DNA of 63,914 bases, the filler included, from Octopus bimaculoides (taxonomy: Eukaryota): assembly GCF_001194135.2 (NCBI RefSeq). It is 4 parts of 4 records of this genome, joined end to end, with 100 filler letters (N's around TTAATTAATTAA, not from the genome) between each part and the next. Parts side by side here need not be neighbours in the genome. Positions count along the whole stretch, not along the records: positions 12,248 to 37,520 come from NC_068982.1; 3 more parts are not named here. One strand, 5' to 3'. The notes below the pieces were generated by a model, which had not been told where the DNA came from, searched no databases, and saw only the letters and a list, made by a program, of their open reading frames with translations. The position numbers and the translations under genes were made by a program. Positions 12,518 through 25,310 of this stretch are shown here, in pieces (positions within the stretch are counted from its first letter, which is position 1; every line of letters begins with the position of its first letter).

Positions 12518-12553
<36 letters not shown>

Positions 12554-12559
12554 TATGAA

Positions 12560-12594
<35 letters not shown>

Positions 12595-12599
<5 letters not shown>

Positions 12600-15500
12600 T
12601 GTTTGTGAAAATGTATGTGAACTATGAACTACATTAAACAGTTTGCTTACTAACTTTTCCATAAACAATTCCATAAAAGATACAGTTGCAAAAATCACCC
12701 TCCCAAAATGAAAACACACGAATTTCAGCACGCCTATTTAAAAACCGCATTAGTCACACTTGGTCCAAAAACCTCAACACCAGAAAATTCTTATTCTGGA
12801 ACATGGTAAAAAATAACAATAAGGCACAGATATATGAACAATGGATCAACTCCACACCGTTAATCTTACCACGAAAACTCCAAAGCAAACTCATCCCAGA
12901 TGAACCAGAACAACGACGAATGCTCAGAGAGAAACTAGCTCTAGAAAAAATGAGAACAGAAATTGAATTACTTCAACTCAGAGGTTAAGAATCATCAACA
13001 AAAATATAAAACGATCGATGACGAAATGAACACAGAATTCACAATACCTGCCAATGAACAACTTCTACAAAATATTATTAAACTATGGAAAGACGACTGT
13101 GAATTGGAAGAAATTATTTCACTACAACGATGGGAAAACAAAATTAATTTTTTCCTCAACTACGAATCTCAATTCAAAAAAGACTACACCTCAGACAACA
13201 CCTTTTAAAAAAAATCCAGAACAAATACATCCACAGAAACCAATAATCGTACACCCAGATCAAACTTCCAACACAGACACACAAAACTACCCCACCACTT
13301 GGAAGTCAACAACCACCAACCTTACAATAGGAATCCCCCGTTAATAGGAAATACCAGTAAGAACCACCCAATAATAGGAAACACCAGTAGGAAACACCAG
13401 TAGGACTAGGAATAATAATAATAATAATTATTATTTTTTCAATTCTTTCCCTCCCACAGCTAGAAACAGACAGGGGATCCTACTAACTTCTCAACATAGA
13501 AATTCAACCTTCGAAACTACAACTCCCACACCCAGACAAAGAGAACAACTTCACAGCATCCCATACAGGACCAAACACCCCTACAACTCATCCCAACATA
13601 AACACCCACACCACATAATCGCAACCAACTCACCTATTCAACAATACTCCCTCAATAGCAACCCTAACACTGAGAACCCCCTCCAACCTAATTACAACTA
13701 ACAACGTTTTTTTAGACAGAGGAGAGAGACACAGGGACATGCGTTGGAACATATCTTACGGGAGAAACCCAAAATAATCAATTTATCTAAAAAAAACTCT
13801 CTCCACAACAAAAATCCATATTTTAGCTAAAGGTTTAAAATTTACACCCACCCCACGTAGACCCAACACCAATAAAATTAAAGATAATATTGTAGAATTC
13901 TGTAGAAAACTTCGATTGATAGAAGCACTAACCAACTACAACAACGATGACGAATCACTAGTGAGAAACAAAAGTAATTACGTACCACCCAAAGGAAGGA
14001 ATAAAACACTAGACGACTTCTGCAACCGTATCCAGAATTTTCCGCACACATTCTATAAACCAAAAATTGTACCTAACTTCAACAACATACAATGGAAACA
14101 CCAACTACAGTTAAAAAACGACAAAGCCCTGACAATCAAAGAAGCAGACAAAGGTAGTGCTGTAGTCCTGGTGGACACAGAATACTATAAAACCCTAGCA
14201 TTGTCCATACTAGAAAACAACTCCTTCTACGAAAAAGTTGCAAATTATAGGCATCAAAAAAACTTTAAAAAATCTTGCAACTTTAATACTCAAACATGGA
14301 AAAGGCCTGACAGAAAAAGAAAAAGACTACATCACAAACTTCAAATGCAAACCAAGCCTTTTCTATGGCCTCCCCCAATTCCACAAGAGTCAAATAATTA
14401 CTAATGCCTGCAAATCAAATCCAGGTCTATACATAAATATTCCAACAACAGAAGACTTAAAATGAAGGCCTATTATTACTGGTCCAGCCTGTGAAACCCA
14501 CCGCCTAAGCAACTTTCTGGACATACTTTTGAAACCTTTCCTCAAATACATTAAAAGTTTCATTAGAGACGATCTGGACATACTAGAGCATCTACCAAAA
14601 ACCACCAACGAAGAAGCTCTATTAATCTCCTTCAATGTCATCAACCTCTACACCAACATTCCACATGACTACGGAATAGAGGCAATAAAATTCTGGTTAG
14701 AAAAATACCCCGAAGTTCTCCCGGACCGCATAAACCAGACTTTTGTCATTGAATCACTGAAGTTCATCCTACAAAACTATTACTTCCTATTCGATACAAC
14801 ATACTACCGCAAAAAATGCGGTATTGCGATGGGAACGAAAGCAGCACCTGTCCTTACGAACCTAATAATGGGTTTCTTTGAATCTACCCTATATGAACTT
14901 TTGCTCCCAAAATTTGGAACCCCATTCCACCAGTATATAGGAGAAAACTGGAAAAGGTACCTAGACGATTGTTTTATCATCTGGAATGAAACCTATGATA
15001 AACTCCTGGATTTCAAATCCACACTGAACAATATAAACCCCAACATCCAGTTTACAATGGAATATAGCAAGGAACAGCTCACATTACTGGACATTTTGAT
15101 TTTAAAAAGTCCAATAACCACCAAATTGCAACCGACATTTACTACAAACCAACAGACTCAGACCAGTATCTCCTTTTCAGTTCATGCCATCTTAAACACA
15201 CCAAAATAAATATCCCATTCAATCTAGCAAAAAGGACCTGTACAAGTGTATCTGACACAACCACTCGGGAACTTCGCCTGCAAGACCTCAAAATAACACT
15301 CATTGAACGTCAATACCCACCTACACTTATAGAACATGGAATTAAACGTGCCAAGAAATTGGACACAAACACACTAAGGACAACAAAACAAAACACCACA
15401 CCTCACCTTAAATCACTTCCATACATATCAACCCACAACCCTAGAAACAATGAAGCATACAACACAATTATACAAAATCTCCCTCTGCTCACTCAAGACC

Positions 15501-16337
15501 CGAAAACGAACAGCATCCTAAATACACACAAACTACTAAAATGCAAATGACAAGACAAATCAGTCAAGAGACTCCTAACAAATGCGAAACTATACTCAAT
15601 ACTAACGATACCAACAGTTAAAAAATGCAGACGACCTAACTGTGGTACATGCCCACACCTAACTGAAGGCTCGGAATTCACATTCCACCAAGGACAAAAA
15701 TTATCAATTAAGACCAACTTCACATGTGCTTCCCAGAACCTTATCTATGTCCTAAACTGCTCAGGTTGTGATCACAATTATGTGGGCCAAACGAGCATTA
15801 CTTTGAAACACAGAGTCACGCTACATAAAGAACAGATTCGTTTCCCTTTAATACAGACAGATAGCACTGAGCGGACACATCGACAGATGGGCAAGTAAAA
15901 AAACGCCGAATTTTCATATCCTCTCATTATACCAGTGCAGGGATTCAATTTCAGTACAAGAACGCCTAAACAATGAAAACCTGGTCATACAAAAGTACAA
16001 CTTATTCATACAAAAGTGCACACCTCAATATACAACTTTGACCATTTAAAAAATTCTACTAAGGAGCCAGTTGTCCCCCTTACTACCTATTGCTTCCCTG
16101 GGTTCACTCTCTCGACTCATTCTTCTTATTCTTCAAACATCCAAAATGACGAAACCCCTCTGTTACGAGAACTGATTACTGTACAATGTCCCTTGAAAAG
16201 CTAATTTAAATAGCGTAAACCGGTTGGATTTCACGATATCCATATAACATGTATATATTTATAAAAAGATATTAAACTATATGAAACGAAGGCATTTCTC
16301 TTCCACTTTTTATATTGTTTTTACACATATTTTCAAC

Positions 16338-16340
<3 letters not shown>
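12595..16340 (+). mobile_element. Penelope-like element (PLE), near full length, disrupted RT plus GIY-YIG ORF
   Basis: IKEADKGSAVV, GIAMGTKAAP, WKRYLDDCF RT motifs; CRRPNCGTCPHL and NLIYVLNCSGC..YVGQT...RVTLH GIY-YIG motifs (15625-15850); several stops and frameshifts; (TA)n on both sides. Confidence 0.95.
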
Positions 16341-16369
<29 letters not shown>

Positions 16370-16491
16370 NNNNNNNNNNNNNNNNNNNNNNNNNNNNNNN
16401 NNNNNNNNNNNNNNNNNNNNNNNNNNNNNNNNNNNNNNNNNNNNNNNNNNNNNNNNNNNNNNNNNNNNNNNNNNNNNNNNNNNNNNTATTG

Positions 16492-16539
<48 letters not shown>

Positions 16540-16574
16540 ATATAAATATATAAACATATGCATATATCCATACA

Positions 16575-16865
16575 TATATGCTATTCTTTTCAGTCCACTT
16601 GTATATTCCATCCAACTCGCATTGCCGGTGCATATTGTCTTGAGGGTTCTGTATTACTTGTGAGACGTGTGTATCATCTGTGATCGTGGCTCTCTGTGTG
16701 GCTGAGGGCATATGTGAGAGGGCCATTATGAACAGTAGTGGTCCCAAAACAGTGCCTTGCGGAACACCACTCACTGTTTGCGTGTCATTGGAGGTGGCCC
16801 CATTGGCTACTACCACCTGACTTCTATCTTTCAGAAAGTCATGCAGCCGTTCTCCCAATTGCAGG
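16575..16865 (-). mobile_element. CR1/Jockey-group LINE RT fragment
   Basis: FLKDRSQVVVANG...VSGVPQGTVLGPLLFI motif. Confidence 0.85.
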
Positions 16866-17164
16866 TAATTTATCTCATCCGACTTTTAGTTCATGCAGTT
16901 GAAAAAACCGCATTATTTATGGGATAACCCATTACATAAAACATGCATACAGTCAAATTCTTAAGGAATATAAATATTACAAAATTGCTAAGTCATCGGT
17001 TAATTGTTTTATTCTGAAACATCTATCTTGGCATTTATTTTAGTGACAGAGCAGAATTAAATTATGAAGCATGATAAATCTTTTGCTTATTTACTGTTCT
17101 AAATGATCGTTCTGTCAAACAGTTTTAGCAAATTACACAACTTTTTATCAACCAACCAACCAAC

Positions 17165-17212
<48 letters not shown>

Positions 17213-17249
17213 AGATCGATCTATCTTTCTCTCTGTCTCTGTCTCTCTG

Positions 17250-17280
<31 letters not shown>

Positions 17281-18615
17281 ACTTGTTTTATATGCTAACT
17301 TGTTCCATTTATAATTATAGTGTTATAATATGAGAAATCCAGCCTATTAATATATATATATATATATTACAATAAGGGCACTGAATAATTACAACGCTAG
17401 TCTTGCTAGAAGTAGACCCCCAAATGGTCTAGAAACCACTTATATTTTTACTCCATTACCACACAAGATTGTAAGCGAGGTAAGTTCAAACTATTATGTG
17501 TATATCAGGTTGGAGGCGTAGATGTATCGCTTTAAGAATGCGAATTTTCATTGAGATAAATGTCTGGATTCATTCATATTTATTTAATTGTCTTCACACA
17601 CACGTCATGAATAGCAATTCAATAACATTTGTTCATAGACTATTTTAAAAATGATCGTCACCTAATGAAACGCTAGAATGCTAGACTAATTGATTTGCGG
17701 TATTTAGTTTCGGTGCGTAGAAAAAAATATCACTGGGGATAAATAGTTAGTTTTTGTAATTGAAAAAAAATTTCATCTAAGGAACACCTACAAAAATTTA
17801 TGGAAATATAATGTCACTTTCAATTAGAGATTTATGATCGAGATAATTAGCAATTTATATACACACGGGCAAATTATGAAAGGACTGATCTCAAGCATAT
17901 TATTTCAACTTCACTCGACCGACCCCTTCAGATTTCGAAGTGCTTGAAAGTACAATGTCAACTACGGCGAGAATTGAACTGAAAACAAACACTTAATTGA
18001 ATATCGCAATGTATTTAGTCCAAACATCTGGAGCTTCTTACTTGGCAACGTTGATCTGGCTAAGAATGATAATACCGGATAATATTGTAAAAGCTCATTG
18101 TTTTAAACACATTCACACATACTCTGACGCAAAGTTGTGTGCGCTCACACGTAAGCCAACGGAAAACATTCATGCATAGATGATAGGGAAATATCCAAAG
18201 CCAATAATAAATGGCTGAACGATCGATCAAATTGCTTGAAATAACACCAATTTTTCTTTAAATTTAAGTCCATTATAGAGCAATAAAATAGATAGGCCAG
18301 AAAGGTCATTGGGTTGGCGTCTAGGTCGCTGACCGAGCGATAAAAATTCAATACACAAACAGATGGAGCAATAAGTAGGTCTGTATCATGGGAAGATGAA
18401 ATCTGAAATTTACGAAACACACTAAATATATTGGAAATGTAAATACAATCCAATTAAATTCTAATGCAAATTCAAAGAGATAGCATCATTTACCAAAAAT
18501 TCACATAAACACAGTATATGTGTTAGTTAACCATAACAAAGTAGTACAACCTACAAGCATTGCAGTATGCACTGCATACAGCTAACCACTGTGTGTCAGA
18601 ATGTGTACACGGGAA

Positions 18616-18830
18616 GGCGGCGGGCTGGCAGAAACGGTAGCACGCCGAGCGAAATGCTTAGCGGTATTTCGACTGCCGTTACGTTCTGAGTTCAAATTCC
18701 GCCGACTACGACTTTGCCTTTTATTTTTTCAGGGTCGATCAATTAAGTACCAGCTGCGTACTGGTGTCGACCTAACTGACTGGCCCCCGCCCCCAAAATT
18801 TCAGGCCTTGTGCCTAGAGTAGAAAAGAAT
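18616..18830 (+). mobile_element. SINE family D
   Basis: ggcggcgggctggcagaaacgg...gttctgagttcaaattccgcc...ggtcgat...aagtaccag; homologues at 20245, 28790, 55103 and 60235. Confidence 0.8.
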
Positions 18831-19120
18831 GCATCCACGTTAATCCTCCAAAATTGGGGGTAATTATTTACCAAGCTTAATTTCTGCTGGTGTGACTGTA
18901 GGTTCATGCAGGGTTCATATGATAAAAGTGAGCATTTCTCATTTCCCAGAAGAAGAGGCATTTATTGGTAGTCTTGCATTGTTTTTCAGACTAACATTAA
19001 TCATTGAGGTGTTTGGTTAGAAGAGTGTTGATGTATTAGATTCTTTCATATGTGGCCCATCTGCACGCCGGTTGCTCAATCTCCAACCTAGATATAACAC
19101 TTCTTCAAATTTCCCTCAAA

Positions 19121-19315
19121 TACAGTACTACCTCGGTTTTCGAACAACTCTGATCGCGAACAAATCGTGTTATATATATATATATAAAGCACAATTTATT
19201 CGTTATCAGAGGCGTTTCTAAACCGAGGTTCTACTGTATTAAATGAATATAGGACAGGAGTTAAAGTAGGATTTATTCGTCATCAGAGTTGTTCGAAAAC
19301 CGAGGTTCTGCTGTA
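19121..19315. mobile_element. Tc1/mariner-superfamily (pogo/Tigger-like) MITE with duplicated right end
   Basis: TA|CAGT...CCTCGGTTTTCGAAC left TIR (19123); right TIRs ending ACTG|TA (19236) and GCTG|TA (19313). Confidence 0.7.
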
Positions 19316-19339
19316 CGTCATTAATCTAATTCATTTTCT

Positions 19340-19910
19340 CGCCTCCAAATTCCTTCTGCCACTACACGTGCACGATTTTCCCAAGACATCTCTGAGGATA
19401 TAATTTCCGTCGACGGATATGTCACCTATATGTTGTCCATGTTTCACAGCCATATAGGAAAGCATGTACATAACTGTCTCACTGTAAGTTTGTGACTTTG
19501 CCTCAGGTCATATACTACATATACCCGACCTCTCAGAGGATCGAAAGTCTTGCAGACACATTTTTAACGTGTTGGCATTCTTCACAATATCTGCGTTCGG
19601 TCCCCACCATATATTCAAGAACCCAAGTAGCTGGACCTGGTTTCTACTGGTTCGATATTTGTTGATACAAAATATTTGTTAATATGTTGTGTTAGACCTA
19701 TACTCTTAATTACATCAGTGAACATGAGGCTGCATGGTTGCAGCATCCTCTGCATGCAGAATATCAATGTTATCATGATCTTTGTTCTGGTACAAAGTCT
19801 GACGGAATTGAACGACCATCTGTGTAGTGTGACACATTTACCAAGAAAGCTGTAAAAAAAAAATGATGCATTTATGCGTCTCCTCCTTATTTCAGATTTT
19901 ATTTCAAACA
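19340..19910 (-). mobile_element. RTE (BovB-like) LINE RT C-terminal relic
   Basis: YLGS..., LYGCETWTTYR.HIRR...RCLGKI motifs on the minus strand; heavily decayed. Confidence 0.7.
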
Positions 19911-20244
19911 AATCTTTTATAGAAAAAGTAATTCAGTTGTGCGGAAGCAACGTTACAATGATTACGTTTTGTGAAGAGATGTTTAACTTTCTCCTAGGAG
20001 CAAGTTCTCTTCTGAGGAAACTTTGGGAGTTTAGAAAAAGTACTTGCTTTGGATTGAAAAATGAACTAATAATTATTGGCACTTTTTATTTTACTGAAGC
20101 GAAACTCAAAAACAAGGGGGGAAACAACGAGAGTGAGCACAATGCTGAGGTGCTCTCCCTCTTAACTAATAAATTTTTCACTCGTGTTTCAGTGTGTAAA
20201 TCTAAAATTTAAATGTTTTTTTTATATTTAAAAGATTATTATTT

Positions 20245-20395
20245 GCACGTCGGACAAAATGCTTCGCGGCGTTTCGTACGACTTTACGTTCTGAGTTCAA
20301 ATTACGCCAAGGACGACTCTGCCTTTCATCCTTTCGGGGTCGATAGATTAAGTACCAGTGACACATTGGGGTCGATGTAATCGACTTATCCCCTT
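20245..20395 (+). mobile_element. SINE family D, 5' truncated
   Basis: gttctgagttcaaattacgcc...gcctttcatcctttcggggtcgat...aagtaccag matches 18616-18830. Confidence 0.75.
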
Positions 20396-21227
20396 CCTCA
20401 TTATTATCATTATTATTATTATTGAGTGAGAGAGCAAAACAAGCCATCAAAGTGACACTGGGGTAAAATATACGAAGCCCATTATACCCATCATGACTAC
20501 CTGTCTGATAAGGGTACACGAGGCACATGCATCACAACCATATGTGCACGACATGGTGATCTCATATCAAGATAAACAGAGCATGACCTTGCCGGTGGGG
20601 GGGCCCTGTTAGAATTTTCTTCAGGTTAAGTAGCCCATCCCACTCAAAAGGTCCCTGAATAAGGTTTCTTTAAGGATGTTGAGCAAAACACCCATGTTTC
20701 CGAAAGTGAATTATTCAAACCCCAAAGATTTCCTCTCAGCACATGGCTATGATGCTCCCCCACTACTTCTGCTCATGGTCAGAGATGCACCTATCGTCAA
20801 TCACCAAGGGACATGCTCAACTGGTTAAGGTCAAACAATTGACAAGCAAATCTATGATATTAAGCAGAACATTTGCTGTAGCCCATCTTTTATACCAAGA
20901 TCAGAATATTTACTGTAGCCCATCTTTTCTTCTTCTTATTATTATTCCCATTTGCAAGCAATAAGGTGAGATATGAGAGGGGGAATTTTGACTGCTATTT
21001 CTTGTAAATGAGGTGACTACGTAGTGGCTAGGGAGAGCCAAATGTTACGCTTGATTTAACCGACTGCTTCTCCTCTATAATTAATAGCTTTAGGCCAAAT
21101 ATAAACGTCATTTTTAGAGAATAAAAAGAAAAAATCCTTTCGACTTTTATTTCATTCTTAATAAATGTTTGAAATTAAGTTAACATTTTTAGAATCACCG
21201 AGGTATGGTTTGAAGCATTTCTTTCGA

Positions 21228-21241
21228 ATTCCCACGGCAAC
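21228..21241 (-). promoter_or_regulatory. RFX X-box-like motif
   Basis: Minus strand GTTGCCGTGGGAAT versus consensus GTTGCCATGGCAAC (11/14), in non-repeat sequence. Confidence 0.3.
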
Positions 21242-21663
21242 CTAATCTAACGAACTCAATTATTTTGTTTTGGCTTTTTTCCTTTACGGACAGATACTCT
21301 AAAATTCATTAAGTAGTTCAAACACACGTCAATGCTTCTCATTTTACACTATTAGTTTCCTCCAATTACCTTTTTTTCTGTTTGAACAACGTTGTTTTCT
21401 CTATAAGAGAAGCAACTAGTTTCGAATTTCAGTATTTTTGTAAACAAAAAAAACAAAACAAAATTACTAGTTGAAAGGCCAGAAAAAGTAGAAATTCGAG
21501 AACGACTATTTTCGCAATATAATGGTAGTAATAACAGTCGTTGTCGTAAACTTTTACATATACGCAAATACACACGAAGAGTATCGCAGTGAGGTCTAAC
21601 AAAAATACACCTTAGGTACGTAAGCGTCGGCGAGTACACACACACTCTCTCTTTTTTTTTCTA

Positions 21664-22182
21664 AATTTTTTTACTGGTTTCTTCAGTCCCCTTGACTGCG
21701 GCCATGCTGGAGCACTGCTTTTAGTCGAACAAATCGACCTGAGGACTTATTCCTTGTAAGCCTAGTACTTATTCTATCGGTTCTCTTTTTGCCGAACCAC
21801 TAAGTTACGGGGACGTAAATACACCAACATCGGTTGTCAAGCGAGGTGGAGGGGGGCACAAACAGACACACACACACACTCACATACACACACACACACA
21901 NNNNNNNNNNNNNNNNNNNNNNNNNNNNNNNNNNNNNNNNNNNNNNNNNNNNNNNNNNNNNNNNNNNNNNNNNNNNNNNNNNNNNNNNNNNNNNNNNNNN
22001 NNNNNNNNNNNNNNNNNNNNNNNNNNNNNNNNNNNNNNNNNNNNNNNNNNNNNNNNNNNTCTTTCAGTTTCCGTCAACCAAATCCAGTCACAAGGCCCAA
22101 GGCTCCAGTAGACGAAACTAGCCCAAGTTGCCACGCATTGGGACTGAACTCGGAACCATGCGGTTGGGAAGCAAGCTTCTTT
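21664..22182 (-). mobile_element. SINE family C, full length with gap in the internal microsatellite
   Basis: Tail at 21664, body to 21870, (CA)n and gap, then tctttcagtttccgtc...gggaagcaagcttctt head at 22182. Confidence 0.85.
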
Positions 22183-22619
22183 ATTTCATGAAATTGGTTA
22201 TAGAAGCTTTACATAGTTGGGATAAAAAAGGACAGACAAACATTGAGGCTGATGAAGTTGCTTTGCCACGAATGAAAAGTTGCAGATGATGATATACAAA
22301 TGTCATGCGGCTAAAAATTATACACCCACACACACACACACACACACAGACACACACACACACTCACATACACACACACACACACACACATATATTAATT
22401 TCAAGTTAAACATGATAATCGTTGCAAATTTTGCAATGTGTATAACTGAAAGAAAGGCGTCCATTCGCCAGGTTCGAACCTTTACTCTTCCCTCTGGCCC
22501 CACTTACCTGGTTCCAGTCACTCGCAGTATGTTCACTACTTGCTTCCATCTTTTCGCGAACATATCCCGTGACAAGTATCTCTTCTCCAGCCTGACCTTA
22601 CTATCGAGGTGGTAACTAA

Positions 22620-24330
22620 AGAAGTTAACCAACCCTTGGCCAGAGGCGAAGGGACCTGTCACTAATCCTCTTACACGCATCTGCCATACTGTTTCTTTCA
22701 GTATGGCTACTACACGGAAAAAAACAACTAGCCTTCCTTTCTCTTAACAGGGCAAGGAAGGCTGAGTCTATTTTGATAGACTCAGCCGATAGCTGTACTC
22801 CTAACGCTGACAACAATTGCTCGACAAAAGCTATCAGTCCCGATAATTCCGGACGCTCCACGAAGGTGTGCAAGACAGTTTCTTTGTCCCGCCCGCACGT
22901 CGGGCATGTCGGCGAGACGGCACTTCCGTACCTTGACAGCTTGTCTCGAACAGGCAAAGCCGAACGATAGCACTGCGAAACCAGGGATTTCTGGTAATTA
23001 TCCAAATACCTCGGCCCGAAAGTTCTGAACAGGTTGATCAACTGATTTCCATCGAAGCCCAGTGTCTCCTCCAGGACAGCGTCTGATATGAATTCCACTA
23101 ACCCGCTATAGAAATCCGCAGTGGATCTCCTGTTTCCGGTATTGCCCGCCCGAGAGAGTAGCTGGAGTGCCTGACGGCGTTCCAATTGCCGATCCTCTAG
23201 CCTAGGTCTTCGCTTGATCCATGGACCAATATCCATTAAGGATGTCAACTGTGGAAGATAGCACCTTATGTGCGGTGACCACACCTGCTCTCCGTCCAGG
23301 TAAAGCCAGAGATGCCTCAACTTTAACGCGAATTTTCGCATCCTCAGCGAAGGCATCACTAGCCCACCCTTTAGCGGTTTCTGGCAGCAAACAGAGCGCT
23401 GCACAAGTGACTTTCCTCCCTTCCACAAAAAGCGGAAAAGGATTCTTTCCAACTTGTTCAGCCACAAATCAGGGCAAGGCACAACGGTCAGGCGGTAGGT
23501 GATGACAGATGCTATGAACATCTGCGCCCCCCCCCCAGCAAAGACAACGCTCGCCCAGACCAGGTCTGGGTTAGGGCAGTTACCTTGCCCGTGACCTCAC
23601 TCCAATTCTACTCTATCTGGAGATCTGGACCAAACCAGACCCTTAGAAACTTAACTGGACCTTTCGTCCAACGCACCGTAATGTTATTGGACGATCGACT
23701 TGCCCCTCCAGGTGCCAAGTTGCAAGCCGACCGACTTGTCCTGGTTAACCTTTGCTCCCGCCACCGCCTCGTACCTTTTGATAGCGTTTTCCACATAAGG
23801 AAGCTGCCCTTCTTCGGACACGATGGAGATGTCATCCGCATACGCAGTAGCTCCTCTCCCACACCACTGATCATGCAGCACGCCCCCTAACGCCTCCAAC
23901 TTCCGCAGCAATGGCTCAAGAACCAACACATACAAAAGTGGTGACAAGGGAGATCTCTGGCGAACTGAGCGTTCAGTCTTGAACGGCTTTGAAAAGAAAA
24001 AACCGTTCACTCGGACGATAGACTCGACGTCTTCTTTTCCTTCGGGCAAAACATTTTAAATGCAATGGTTCTTTTTTTGGTTTCCTCTGTTGCGTTAATG
24101 GGTGGGAGCGATATTTTTACATCGTCCTCCGCCTCTGTCATTCTTTTGAACATCTCCCGGAGGTCCCCCGACTGGATCTCCAGATTTTCAGTTTGTACAG
24201 CTGTGACTGAGGTTAGTTAGCCTCCAAAGCATCACACTCTTCCAGAGAGCATTTTTCTCTAATTATCTCCACCGACATTTCGGTCGAGATAAATTAGTAA
24301 GAAATACACGCAAAAAAAGCCCCCAAAAAC
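22620..24330 (-). mobile_element. L1/Tx1-clade LINE, internally deleted and frameshifted
   Basis: RQRSPLSPLLYVLVLEPLL, TAYADDI, KFLRVWFG, LERILFRFLWKG, GGLVMP, CPTCGRDKETVLH motifs; non-RT open stretch at about 24030-24290. Confidence 0.9.
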
Positions 24331-24891
24331 GTAGGCTTCCCTACATAGTTCCAAATCTTTTCTTTTAAAAGCAATATAAGTTCAAATCCCACCCCTGTCA
24401 TGAGGAGGGGCGCAGCTCAACGAAGCTAAAAACGGCTGAAAAACAGTTTTTTTCTCAAAAAGAAAAATTATAGTTTTCCTTTTTTTGTCAGTTAAAAAAT
24501 GAATTCCCCGCAAGACAAAGGCCAAACAATAAAAATGTACTGAAACATAGCCATAATATTCTGTCGAACCTTTGCAAAAGCTGGTATTATGCTTATAAAG
24601 TGTAGTTGTTAAAATCATTATTGCTTTTTCTTTATTTTTTTGCATGGCTATATTCACATAATACTGCGGCCTACGCACATAACAGTTTAACTCTAGAACG
24701 AAATAAAAAACGTAACCTATTATACATGCAACATTTTTATTATTTGTGTGACTATTAATGGATAAATTATAAAATGAAATCAAGGAAATTTTATGTTATC
24801 GACACAACACATATATCATTCGTAATATTCATAAGATAATTGACTAATAAAGGAGTGAATTGTCTTAGGAATAATAGTAAGATATACATAG

Positions 24892-25010
24892 ATGCATACA
24901 GGTGAGTTCAGTCTCAATGCGTGCACTTTGAGTAAATGTCTTTTACTATTCCCTGAGGCCAACCAAAGCCTTTTGAGTGGATTTGGCACATGGAAACTGA
25001 AAGAAGACTG

Positions 25011-25042
<32 letters not shown>

Positions 25043-25052
25043 NNNNNNNNNN

Positions 25053-25088
<36 letters not shown>

Positions 25089-25310
25089 GCGAGCGCATGT
25101 GTCTCTTTGTGTCAATGTTTGTCCACCACTACTGTTTGGCAGCGGTGTGGGTGTGTTTAAATATAGCGGTTCGGTAAAAGAGACCGACAGAATAACTAAC
25201 TATCAGGTTTTAAAAAAATACATTACTGTGGTCGATTCGTTCAGCTAAATTTCTTGGAAACGGTGCCCCAGCATGGCCGCAGCTTAATGACTGAGACAAG
25301 TAAAAGATAC
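24892..25310 (+). mobile_element. SINE family C with internal (TA)n
   Basis: Head ...gccaaccaaagccttttgagtggatttgg...gaaactgaaagaag, (TA)n and gap, tail ggtgccccagcatggccgcagc...tgactgagacaagtaaaaga. Confidence 0.8.

Noticed and set aside
19280-19290. CTGATGA (minus strand) as a hammerhead core
   Set aside because: Part of a MITE TIR; no stem II or GAAA follows.
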